DNA of 64,000 nucleotides from Haliotis rubra (Eukaryota). Of the stretch, positions 40,073 through 51,984 are shown piece by piece. The translations under genes and the position numbers were made by a program. Within the stretch, counting starts at the first letter, position 1. Each line of letters begins with the position of its first letter. The notes beneath the pieces were generated by a model. The model had not been told where the DNA came from and searched no databases. It was given only the letters and a program-made list of their open reading frames with translations. Location of the stretch: contig NW_025765092.1 of NCBI RefSeq assembly GCF_003918875.1, forward strand, positions 1,860,001 to 1,924,000, written 5' to 3'.

Positions 40073-41335
40073 TAGTATGACCAGAAATTATTTAGAATTT
40101 TAGGAATATGTTTAATTGGATTTCTAGTATAAACAACCGTGACCAGATATCAAGTGCTTGGTTTCATTCAAGAGAGACAACTCCGTTAATCCTTTTTCAT
40201 TAGTTTGTGAAGAGTTATCCCCCTTTCTTTACTTGCTAGCAGACGACATTTTCAGTGATCCTCAGTATGGATGATTTAGAAAGTTGATTTTAGAGTATTA
40301 TAACAAGGACATCAGATCAGCTAAAGTGATTTCAAGTAGGACAGGCATCCCTTTGACCACTGTTTATCGTGTTTTGAAATATATTGCAAATGCATATGGC
40401 ATTGAGCACCAGGGAGGCGCAGGTAGGCCCAAAAAATTGACTGTCGGTGACAGGAGGCGGCTTGGTATTCTTGTTTCTAAAAACAAACGAAGGAGTTTAG
40501 AAAACATAAGGCTGGATATGATTGATAGAGGAAGTGTGGCTGTCTGTAAGGAGACCTTTAGAACTGAGCTGCATGCAATGGGTTGGCAGAAAAGTCGAGG
40601 AATTCCATCACCGATCATGAAACCTGAACAAAAGGAGCGAAGGTTGAACTGGTGCTTACAGCATAGAAATTTTAACTGGGACAATGTGATTTTCTCAGAT
40701 GAAAGTTCTGTGTGGGTGTTTCCTAATACACTGAAATTCTTGACAAAACAAACTGAAAAACCTTTGTATCAGCGCCCAAAGTACAGTCCGAAATTTAACG
40801 TGTGGGGTGGCATATCTGTGTTGGGGGCAACGCCCCCTCTGTGTATTTGAAGGGAATATGAACAGTGAGCGGTACACAGATATTCTCGAGGGATATTTAC
40901 TTCCATCTGCTCACGTGTTCTATGGAAAAGTTTGGATTTTGCAGCAGGACAACGACCCAAAACATCGTTCAAAGCATTCACAGGCCTGGTTTCGGATCCA
41001 AAATATGACATTATTAGATTGGCCAAGCTATAGCCCTGACCTAAATCCAATAGAAATTATTTGGGGACTTATGAAGGAAAGTGTCAATAAGAAAAATCTG
41101 ACAAATATTGCTGAAATGAAAGAAGAGGTGGTACGATATTGGGACAGCATGGACCACGACTTGAAGCCGCATTGAAGCCTGCATTGCTGCCCATGGTGAC
41201 TTGACAAAATACTGTTCACCTGTCTTGAATCTGGAGTTATGTTCTGCTAATATTCACATTTAATACGTTAGTAATGAGTGAAAAAAATAAATAAAAATAC
41301 AATCCTTAAATTCTCAATAATTTCTGGTTGTACTG
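40073..41335 (+). mobile_element. Tc1 (DD34E) DNA transposon, nearly complete
   Basis: ~32-bp imperfect TIRs (TAGTATGACCAGAAATTATTTAGAATTTTAGG / CCTTAAATTCTCAATAATTTCTGGTTGTACTG), TA on both flanks, encloses a transposase. Confidence 0.93.
40267..41175 (+). pseudogene. Tc1 transposase with frameshifts (near the start and at ~40835)
   Basis: HTH region with GRPKK, then VIFSDES, VWGGIS, LQQDNDPKH, WPSYSPDLNPIE; 34 residues between the second D and E. Confidence 0.92.
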
Positions 41336-42991
41336 TATATTCAGAGACTATGCGTTAGTCTTGCGCTGTGTTCCTGTACCTTGATGTTTGTGTTGTTTGA
41401 GGCCGCACTCCTCAAAATTCCAGCTCCAGAACAGAGGCCTGTAACTAATCGATTGTGGATCAGATAATCAAATGACATAATGGGTATCGATGTACAGACT
41501 TAGGACACGATGATATGCGTCAACCAAGTCAGATAGCAATATTGATCCGATTAATTGCCTCTTACAACCAGCATGGGTTGCTGAAGACCAAATGTATCAT
41601 TCATCTTCATTCATCTGGATTTGTGAGCAGGTGTGGAGCTTCCATATTCTTTTTTATCTGTTTTGTCACAAACAAACGAATCACATTGATGATCCCGTTG
41701 ACAAGCTGTTCAAGGAATTTATTTACCTCAAGAACACGTCGAGTCTTTGTGTTTGTTCAGATAATTGAGCTAGTAACATATTTATCTTCATTGATATTTG
41801 TTTAACTCCATTTTCTTCGTAGAACACTCATACCTCTATAGCCCAGAGCGATATTCCTATTTGCAGATGCATAGGGTTTCAGTGAAAAATAACGATAAGT
41901 TGATGATGTTGAGCGCCGGGGGAGCTTTAATGTCCTTTTGGTATAATTGTGTCAATATTATGATGCTGAGGGGAATGATTTGCTCCCTAGAAACACAAAT
42001 ATATCATTGGACAAACCTTATCATGATAAATACTGTTGATTTGACAATTATGTCCATAAGTTAAACTAACGTTTATATCCTGCATCGAATAGGATACTTT
42101 GTCATAAATATACAAAAGGCTCACGAACACACAACAAAAATGTACATTTATCGCTGTTTTATACACCTGTCATCAAATGATAACATAATGCTTCACAAGC
42201 CATTTTTTTTTTCTCTTGGGATTTGTAATGGTCGCAGAGTTAATGTCGCTTTCTGGATCAGGGCTGGAGGTTGCCAAGGTTGTCAGTCCACGAGTACAAA
42301 GCCGTTTAAGAGGTGGGTGGAAATGTGACGACATTAATATCTGATCGCTTTATGAAGCAACGTTCAACCAGGGATGAGAAGATTAAAACGGCACGCAGTC
42401 AGTCACAGTTGTCACATGTTTGTCATGTCATTAGGTGGATTAGTCAGTCACGTCGATGAGGATTTACTTCGTCAGCATTTGTGAGTGTGGGTGAGATTTG
42501 ATAGTAGTCTGTGTAGCACATTGCTATATCCAGCAGATTCTCCGTGTACAATTTACGGTTGAGGATATATAGGCATCTCCATAGGCTCCAACTGACCTCG
42601 AATATATGCATATAGTTCTGAATGCTATTTGGGAAAATGAAAACAATTTTGAAAACCTCAACATTGCTATATCCAGCAGATTCTCCGTGTACAATTTACG
42701 GTTGAGGATATATAGGCTTCTCTATAGGCTCCAACTGACCTCGACCATATGCATATAGATCTGAATGCTATTTGGGAAATGAAAACAATTTTGAAAACCT
42801 CCGCATTGCTATATCCAGCAGATTCTCCGTGTACAGTTTACGGTTGAGGATATATAGGCTTCTCTATAGGCTCCAACTGATCTCGACTATATGCATATAG
42901 ATCTGAATGCTATTTGGGAAAATGAAAACAATTTTGAAAACCTCCGCATTGCTGTATCCAGCAGATTCTCCGTGTACAATTTACAGTTGAG

Positions 42992-44010
42992 TGAGTGAGT
43001 GAGCTTAGTTTTACGTCCCTTTTAGCAATATTCCAGCAATATCACGGCGGGGGACACCAGAAATGGGCTTCACAGATTGTACGCATGTGGGGAATGGAAC
43101 CAGGTTTTTGGCGTGACGAGCGAACGCTTTAACTACTAGCAGTGTATGAAATAGCGTCTGCCCGGCGGCCCGTTGCTTGCTAGTTACATGGCGGTCTTAC
43201 AACTTTATTTTATAGCCAGCCAATACATTTTCCAAGGGTATATATTTGATCATGTCTTTGACTACGGGAAATATTTCAAAAATAATTTACAATTGTGGTA
43301 GCTAGATGACATCTGTATAGTTCATGATCAATCAAACCATAACTTCCACAGATCAGCCTACCCATTTATCTAACACTAAATGTGATTGGTCTAGAGAATG
43401 CTTTCAGCAAATGAAGAATGTTGTTCTTTTTTAATAGTATGTAACAATCACACATCACACAATCACACGAATATTTCCGTGAGCATCATTGTCCGCCGTT
43501 AACAACGGACAGCAAGATCACCCGAAGAGGTTGCGAATGATCAAATATGTTCCCGAGATTGATTCTGACTTTGCCTCTGGTTTTTCCGATCTATATGATA
43601 GTGATACTGACTGAATTAAGAGTGGCCAAGTTGTATATGTTAAATTTGCTGTTGCACATGTTTACTTTTCACAGGGAGAGTTACAAATCCCCTGTGCTCA
43701 TTGCATGCAGAACATGTAGAGAACATTCTTGCCAAAGATACTGAGATTGATTCTGACTTTGCCTGTTTTTCTGATCCAGATGGTAGTGACACTAAATGAA
43801 TCGACAATGACCACCAAGTTTTTAAAATTTGCTTTTGTACATGTTTAAGTTGACGTCACTACAAGTAATTCATTAAGTACATTATTATACTATAGGGCCG
43901 GTTACATGTTAACAGGTCCAGCAACATTTTCAGTCATCAGCCCTGTGGGCTTCCTGGATTTTGTTAGGAGTTTCATACACTGCCACTAGGCTACCCCACC
44001 GCCCCACCGC
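42992..44010 (-). mobile_element. Family B SINE split by a DNA transposon
   Basis: SINE parts at 42992-43139 and 43983-44010; TSD CAGTTGAG at 42984-42991 and 44011-44018. Confidence 0.85.
43140..43982. mobile_element. Non-autonomous DNA transposon (hAT- or P-like), 12-bp TIR, 7-bp apparent TSD
   Basis: CTACTAG|CAGTGTATGAAA ... TTTCATACACTG|CCACTAG. Confidence 0.8.
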
Positions 44011-44229
44011 CAGTTGAGGTTATATGGGCATCTCCACAGGCACCAACTGACGTATCTCCCTTGGTGATCCTTTTCTCTATGCACATAAACCTGAATGCCA
44101 TTTGTCAAAATGAAAACAAGAGAACAGGACCAAAACGTTACTAATCTTGAACACCTTCAGGTATATAGATGATCTGATATGGTTCAAACATGGTCAAACA
44201 GTCGGTTCCCTTCCATCTATTTGCCCAAA

Positions 44230-44430
44230 TGATAAGGAAATAAAGATGACCAGATACATTGATATCATATAGAACCACATGGAAACATCCAGACTGACAA
44301 CAAACTAACCTTTGCCTCACTAGAGGGACTTCAACTTTCCATGTATCGACTTTCCTTTTATGATTTATAACAAGTTCAAGCCAGTCTTTGGTGTTGACAT
44401 TTCATACCTTTTGATCTATAATCGAGCATT
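44230..44430 (+). pseudogene. Highly decayed Penelope-like RT fragment
   Basis: DFNFPCIDFPFM...PVFGVDISYLLIYNRA, homologous to the better-preserved copy at 53.7-54.5 kb. Confidence 0.55.
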
Positions 44431-44784
44431 ATTGCATACTCTTTTTGTTAGATATAATTGCAGCTGTGTTTTTGCTTGTTGGTATTGCTAAAAATCCCGA
44501 TCGATTCGTAGATAACTATTTTTGTGCTGCATATGCTGCCTATCAATATGCTATATTTGTTTTTTACATGCATGCCGTTATATATCTAGTACGTTGGTAG
44601 ATGTGAGTGAATGTTATTGAGTGCCGTTACTATAAACATCCATGGATCTGCAGGCAGTCGAGTCTAAATCAAACAAACCAGTGACTGAAATCACCAGGTC
44701 AGATAACAACCCGATCCCCATCATAGTGAAATCTCACGCCAGGCATGAGATGTTGAGGTCTTTGTCCAACTTGAATCACGGACA

Positions 44785-45029
44785 TTAGTTGGTTGGTTGT
44801 TGTTTAACGCCGCACTCAGCAATATTCCAGCTATATGGCGGCGGTTTGTAAATAATCGAGTCTGGACCAGACAATCCCGGGATCAACATCATGAACATCG
44901 ATCTACGCAAATGGGACTCGATGACATGTGTCAACCAAGTCAGCGAGTCTGACCACCCGATCCCGTTAGACGCCCCTAACGACAAGCCTGACTTGCTGTA
45001 GAACAATTTTAAACCGGATCTTCGCAGGT
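44785..45029 (-). mobile_element. Family A retroposon, (CAAC)n-tail variant
   Basis: GTTGGTTGGTTGTTGTTTAACGCCGCACTCAGC...CCGGATCTTCGCAGGT. Confidence 0.88.
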
Positions 45030-45882
45030 TTGGAGCATTAGCAAAATCAAAATCGTTATTTAAATGAGTCTTTCCATATGAAATACGAGTGAGAATAATA
45101 AACCATTTATTGTACACGTGTGTTTCAACTCTGTTGGGTGTGCATTTGAAAGATTTGTTTTTATAAAATATTCCTTTTGATGCCGTTTTGTCGTTGGCTG
45201 ATATCAGAGAAATGCCCTTGTTAGAACTGACATCCACCCACGTAAGCAAATATAGCTGACAATTGCATAAGACCCACACTCTCGCCTACTGGCAAGTGGA
45301 GCACTCAGCGTTGACGTGTGTCACTTCTACAACTGCCAACTGATAATATTACAGGGAGAGTAAAGAAAAAATAATATTCTGTCAAGTTAGGGCTTTGAGT
45401 AACCGTTGAAGCGAGAATTAATCTCTACCGACCAATCTTATTCAACATGTTTTAACACATAAATGACAATCGTATCCTCAGGCTATTGGGGATGACGATC
45501 ATCCTCGAGCTCATTGTGCTTTTCGTTAATCAAAGTATTACAATCGGTGGTTTTGTATTGTTAATTGGACGTGTTTCGTTCTGATCAGGGATTTCAAAGA
45601 TGTTAAAGCTGTAAAACAAAATCAAGGATGGTTTGAAAAGGAATGTTTTAATAATATGAATATATTGTTTTATGTTGATATACTAGTAACAGACAATGAT
45701 GGCGTNNNNNNNNNNNNNNNNNNNNNNNNNNNNNNNNNNNNNNNNNNNNNNNNNNNNNNNNNNNNNNNNNNNNNNNNNNNNNNNNNNNNNNNNNNNNNNN
45801 NNNNNNNNNNNNNNNNNNNNNNNNNNNNNNNNNNNGTAATCATTGTTCACAGAGGCTTTGGATGGTGGTTCAAAGGTTTCCA

Positions 45883-46011
45883 TACTGGACAAAAATAGTT
45901 AGGGATATACGTAAATTTTAATATTATGAATAATGATCTATTTATTCATTGACATACTGATAAAGTATCAATCATAAAAATACCAATATCCCTAACTTAT
46001 TTTGTCCAGTA
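45883..46011. mobile_element. Short MITE, ~26-bp TIR
   Basis: TACTGGACAAAAATAGTTAGGGATAT / ATATCCCTAACTTATTTTGTCCAGTA. Confidence 0.8.
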
Positions 46012-48647
46012 TAATTATGTCCACGTCAAACACACGCTGGTAGACCGCAACCGCATCGCGAAGTTTGCCTTGTCGTTCTCAGTGTAAAATGTGCTTATGA
46101 TCGCGACATTGGCGCCATACGTTCCTTCTCCTGACGCAGTAGTATCAGGTTAAGACTTGAGTATAACTCGAGTGTACTATAATTTCTTAACACCTCTTTA
46201 CAGATCACGTTCAGGCAAATCTAACCCGACCAATATTTATCTCGACTAATATATATATATATATCACGATTATATCCTCAGTGTGATGTAACTTTATTTC
46301 CAAGGAGTAATTACGGTTATAGATTATACTGTGACGTAACTTTATAATTACGCCACAATGTGACGTTCACAATCACTGTGACACGAGTTGCCATGACGTC
46401 ACATTACAATTACAATGATAAATACAATGTTCTTACACCTATTTACCTATTCATAATGGACACAGCTTTTTCATGAAGCAGTTTTCCTTAGCATAACGCT
46501 GATCGGGATGTTAATATACACAGGCATCTTTTCGTTTGGTAGGCTTTTCCAATCTACAAAGCCATCATCTCACCTTGTGTGTTGGTGATGTCCAGCCTCT
46601 CGACCATCATCTACCACACTGCTGGGTATGTCTAGGCTGTACAGGTATCATATGTCAATCGTACATTCAAAGAACTCGATGAGAACTTGGGGTAATATAT
46701 GTACAAAGACCCATTAAATGATTGCAAATGAGTTGGTTTTCCTTCATTGTTTCAGTCATTACATTTTATAATCTACATGTCACTCTGTGTGTCATATCAG
46801 TGGTGGTTCAACTATATGGAAAAAGAGGAACAAATTTTGCAAAGGAAGTCACTTGCTTGATAACGGTGTTAGCAACTTCACTGAATCGTCGCATCAACAG
46901 CAGCTGTTAAACAATACTATTTGTTCCTCTTCATCATACCAGCTATTAAATGCCACTTAGAGAAGAAACTCCGTGGACAGTTCCGTTTCATGTGCCGCTG
47001 ACATGCGAACAACCCGAACCCCATGGTGTTTATCAATTACCTTATTTCACGGATCCACAGGTCAAGGATTTCACCATAAAAAGGTGAAATTGACAAATGG
47101 ATTCAGTGCGAAAATTAAGGTAAAGGCTTACGGCCAGTTGCTTACTTGGAAGCCCATTTTAAGTTGCACACATTCTTCTAATATCATTGTTATGCAACTA
47201 TGTTACGGGCACACACTCTACGGTTGTAGTCAAATGAAATTATTAAAACAAATCATGAAAGACGTTTCATCTCATACGTCATCTGTCACTGATGGCTGCT
47301 GCTGGTGCGTGGTGGCAATACATCAGCTGGTCTCTTTCCTTCAGGCCCCGCTGTGATATTGCTGGAATATAGCTAAAAGCGGCGTAAAACCAAACTCACT
47401 CACTCACTCTTTCCTTCAGGACGTTTTATCGGTTGTTTGTTCAGTTATTAAAACAACAAATATAAACCACATTCTGGAAATGGTTCGGTTTTGTGGGGTT
47501 TCGCATCCCAGTGACGTTATTTCATGTGGGCGGAATACCTAGTACAGATCTGGAAACGTGGTCTAATTCACTTTGTGTACACTGTGTGTAATTCATTATA
47601 CACGTTGTGGAACTTAACGTGGGTGACTTCCTGAAATCTTAATCCTTGATATCAATGATTATACATGTATTTCTCAACATCACAGTTAACAATTTGACAG
47701 CCAATCTGTAACATGTTTACCTTTATATTTTACCATATAATGATGTACTATAATGAGGGTCAGTGACGTTACAGGTAATCCATATCTTTCACGGTGATTA
47801 AAGCGTTCGTTCGTCACACCGAAGGCCGGAGTTCAATTCTCCACATGAATAAATAGTGTTCTGCTTTAAAACGTAAAACTTTATTCACCCACATTATTTA
47901 AAAATGCAAGGATAACCGTAAATAGAGACAGTTGCCTGAAACATGTGCAACCGACTTCTTTCTTGTCCGATGGTTCGTGATTATACTAATGATCAACCGA
48001 TCTGGTGTACTGTTACCAATAATCCACATCTTTCATCTCTATTGATATTATTGTAATGATAACAATAAACTTCTAATAATAATAATAATAATAATACTCC
48101 TATCTTACATTCCTACCCTCTCTTGTAGGAGAATTGAGAACTATACAAGGTTCATTGGTTACCTACGTTCATTTTTACCAACAAGGAATTGAAATCCTAG
48201 ATCTGTGGATCCGACAAACAAAATAATGAGAAAACAACAAGGGGTCCATTGTACAGCATTGGCACAAGAAACTGAACCTCGATGATGTGATCTACAAATA
48301 GGTTTAGATGACAAAATATAATGACTGAAACAATGGGGTGAAAACAAACTCATTTGACGTCATTTTATCTTTTATAGGGCCCATGACTATACATGTTTAT
48401 TGTCAAAACTAAATATAAGCTATATTCAACTGAAAGTTTTGTTGGTTAAATGGCTACAGATTTTATAATCTCATACTCATGTTCATATTTCTGCAACAAC
48501 CACTGTTTAATCATCACCTTACTTCTGCCAGAACCAGTTTCTGTGATGGATCTGATCATGGTCTTACTCGTACCCTTTTCATTGACCTAACGATTCTGAC
48601 AGGTTTTCCGGGGATATCTCCATGCTGATGCACAATTCGCTAAGTGT

Positions 48648-48805
48648 ATGAGTGCATGAATATAGTTTTACCCCGCTTTTAGCAATATTCCTGCAATATC
48701 ACGGCGGGAGACACCAGGAATTCACACATTCGAAACATGTGGGGTATCGAACCCGGTCTTTAGTGTTACGTGCGCATGCTTTAACCACGGCTACCCCAAC
48801 GCCCC
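48648..48805 (-). mobile_element. Family B SINE, diverged
   Basis: TTTTAGCAATATTCC...ATCGAACCCGG...GCTACCCCAACGCCCC. Confidence 0.8.
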
Positions 48806-49412
48806 AAACAAATCGCAGAATTTGCTGGGTACATAGTATTGACCCTTAGATGTGCCAGAATCCTATGATCGTTTGCTTGAAGCTCAGATAAGCACTTTCA
48901 CTCTTCGATTCTCAGCACCATCATTGTGTCCTTTGGAATTCACTACTGTGATAAAGGTCAACACCTACGTCACTTTGCGTTCCCACACACTGACACGCTG
49001 TAACACAACTGAAGTACTCTTCACAGCTAAAACCCAGCCCAGTCTTTGTGATGAACGACCATTTGTCAACCTCGTTTTTGCTGTGATGACGTCAGGATCT
49101 CAGAAGGCCGTGTTAGTTGCTTTGGAATTTTCTATTTGCAAAAATAAAAACACACAGAATGAATACATGCTTTTGATTGTATTCCATTTTGATGTAGATC
49201 CTCAAAACCGACATGGCGTCCTTGATCAATCAACTGCCAATTGATCATTCAACTGTCACTTGACTTTAGTTCTGTCAACCCCACTTAATGGTTACTGAAC
49301 ACTGACATTGATCGTATGAATCCTCCGTATTCCTTCCTTCATACAGACTAAGGAGTAATATCATCCTGTGTAATTATTTATGTATGATTGATTGATTCAC
49401 TTATTCTAAACC

Positions 49413-49642
49413 ACCCGTGAAGGTCCGGGTTAGAATATTGGCCTTCAGTAACCCATGCTTGTCGTAAGAGGCGACTAACGGGATGTGGTGGCAAGGCTCG
49501 CTGACTTGGTTGACGTATGTCATCGGTTCCCAATTGCGCAGATCGATGCTCATGCTGTTGATCCCTTGATTGTCTGGTCCAGATTCGATTATTTAGCTGG
49601 GATATTGCTGAGTGCGGCGTAAAACTAAACTCACTTACTCAC
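49413..49642 (+). mobile_element. Family A retroposon, 11-bp TSD
   Basis: TSD TATTCTAAACC at 49402-49412 and 49643-49653. Confidence 0.92.
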
Positions 49643-50074
49643 TATTCTAAACCTCATTTTGCCGCCAAATCGGGTTGGACAGATAACTGACCCTGATAAT
49701 TGTCTGGCGTTTGAAGTATATTTGCAGTAACTTAAAATATCCCATATTTGAGGGACATACAATATAGACTTCGGCCTTTGTTGAAGAAAATTTATGCATA
49801 ACCTTATAATATTGACGTGGATTATATCATAAGATGGCTTTGTCAGTAATTTATTATATCAGTGACATTGATATACATTTATGAGCATACAGCACTACGC
49901 AGCACACCGTATATTTATACCATTGTATTTAAATTATTGTCAGTGATTTACTTGTGTGGGGCGGTTGTGTGGTTAACGAAAAGGTTAGGTTTTAATCAAA
50001 TATATAGATTCATGACATTTATATTATGTTATTAGACATTCAACATTTTCAGTCCAATGAAACATTAGCGATGA

Positions 50075-50217
50075 GATAGGCTAATGGTGAAAGCGTTCGT
50101 TCGTCACGATGACGATCTGGTTCGATTCCCCACATTGGTACAATGTATATACCCAATTTCTGGTGTCCCCAACCGTGATATTGTATAAAAGTGGCGTACA
50201 AGTAAACTCACTCACTC
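50075..50217 (+). mobile_element. Family B SINE, diverged
   Basis: AAAGCGTTCGTTCGTCACG...GGTTCGATTCCCCAC...AAACTCACTCAC. Confidence 0.8.
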
Positions 50218-50771
50218 TAACTCCTGACCAATAAACTCCATGATTTTGGACAAAAACATAATCATGTTCTATTGATGGGTAACAAAACAACACTCTTGAG
50301 TATTTCCTCTTTTGAACGTATGGCATAAGTGAAATATCAACCGTAGTTTTTTATATTTAATGCATTCATGTCGTTAGACATGTTGCAATGTTATAGGGCA
50401 TTACTTTTAACTTTGCCAGTATTATGTTTTGGTAAAAGGTGATTCGGATGTTTTTTCAGTGTTGTCAGTTTAGTATTGTCTTAGTGAGTGAGCATGGTTT
50501 AACGCCACTCCTCGTCAAATCAGCAATATCACGACGGGGGACACCTGAAATGGGCTTCAGCCATTGTACCCATATGGGTAACACTAAACTAACCCTTTAC
50601 TGTATAAAGGTACACAAACATGGACACGATATATAGTTGTAGATTCTGTGCATGAATCATCATAACTATCAGTATCACTTACTCTGATCTGAAATAAGTA
50701 CTGATATCCAATGCAAATACACATATGAAGATGAATATGAATAATGTCTACATAATGTTCAGTTGTTACGA

Positions 50772-51016
50772 ACCCGTGAAGGTCCGGGTTAGAATGAGCC
50801 TTCAGTAACCCATGCTTGTCGTAAGTGGCGACTAACGGGATCGGGTTGTCAGGCTCGCTGACTTGGTTGACACATGTCATCGGTTCCCAATTGTGCAGAT
50901 CGATGCTCATGCTGTTGATCCCTGAATTGTCTGGTCCAGACTCGATTATTTACAGACCGCCGCCATATAGCTGGAATATTGCTAAGTGCGGCGTAAAACT
51001 AAACTCACTCACTCAC
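50772..51016 (+). mobile_element. Family A retroposon, full length, 13-bp TSD
   Basis: TSD TCAGTTGTTACGA at 50759-50771 and 51017-51029. Confidence 0.93.
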
Positions 51017-51984
51017 TCAGTTGTTACGATATTACGATATCATTGGCATTTGTCATTTGTTAAATTGGCAGACGTACGACCACACAATTTACCTTTGAGG
51101 TAGGACAAAAGCGAGTAATATAATTACAACACTTTAACTCTGTCTCCCTGCCATTAACCATGTCGATCATTCTGACGTGAACTTTGAGTCAATGGATTTT
51201 TACACAACTTTCGTAACTTACTTATATGCTAGTTATCCATTTAATGGACCCATGTACTTTTGTAATACTGAATGAGTAAACTGAAGAGGAGTACGTAGCT
51301 TCAGCGGAATAGTCCAAGTACCCGTGATGGTGAATATCTGGAACTGTCGCGATTCCCATGAAAATACAACTAATTCCTTTTCATCAGCGATATCTGATCT
51401 TACGCCTATTGTATAATTCTGTCTACATCCCGAGCATGTGTTTATGAATAACCATAAACAGTGATGGCAACATGTCTTCGCGAAAAGGCGAGGGCATTAA
51501 GAGGTTTAATAACAGCTATGGGCAACATCCTTTCCATAATCATAAGAAACCACATACGACGTCTTCATATGTTTCTCGAAACCAAAGGTAACACAATTAG
51601 ACGTTACGGCGTTGGTGAAGTATGTTATACAAGGGATGGCCGTTAAAGGTTGACTGGTAGGTTCCGAGTCTCACATAACAACAAGAGACAAACTGCGTTC
51701 ATAAGATCTTCTAAATGTAGAGTCAATAGTACGATCCTGGCTATGCCATGAACGTGTTTATGAAATACTATAAAACAACGATGATCAGAAGTGTTTGCGA
51801 AGGCGTGACCGTAATCTTACCCACCAGTGGCACCCGCATAACACAGAAATCTGTTGCGAAAATGTTGTATTTTCAAACATGTATAACTCGTCCACAAATA
51901 GACTTTAGTACATGAATTTTTGCATCAGTTTAGAAGAAGGTAATGTCTATACAAACAAGTGGATAATTTAGATGACGGAGACGT

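Larger units (their letters stand above)
42519..44120. repeat. 142-143-bp tandem repeat, ~4 units, the last split by nested insertions
   Basis: CATTGCT(A/G)TATCCAGCAG at 42519, 42662, 42804, 42947; the unit resumes at 44011. Confidence 0.88.

Noticed and set aside
46560-46650. Possible minus-strand exon ending AG|GTGAGA
   Set aside because: A donor-like site only; no clear acceptor and no recognisable peptide.
48852-49244. 130-aa ORF with a TGACGTCA (CRE-like) site
   Set aside because: Non-ATG start and no recognisable domain; a single 8-mer is expected by chance in 64 kb.
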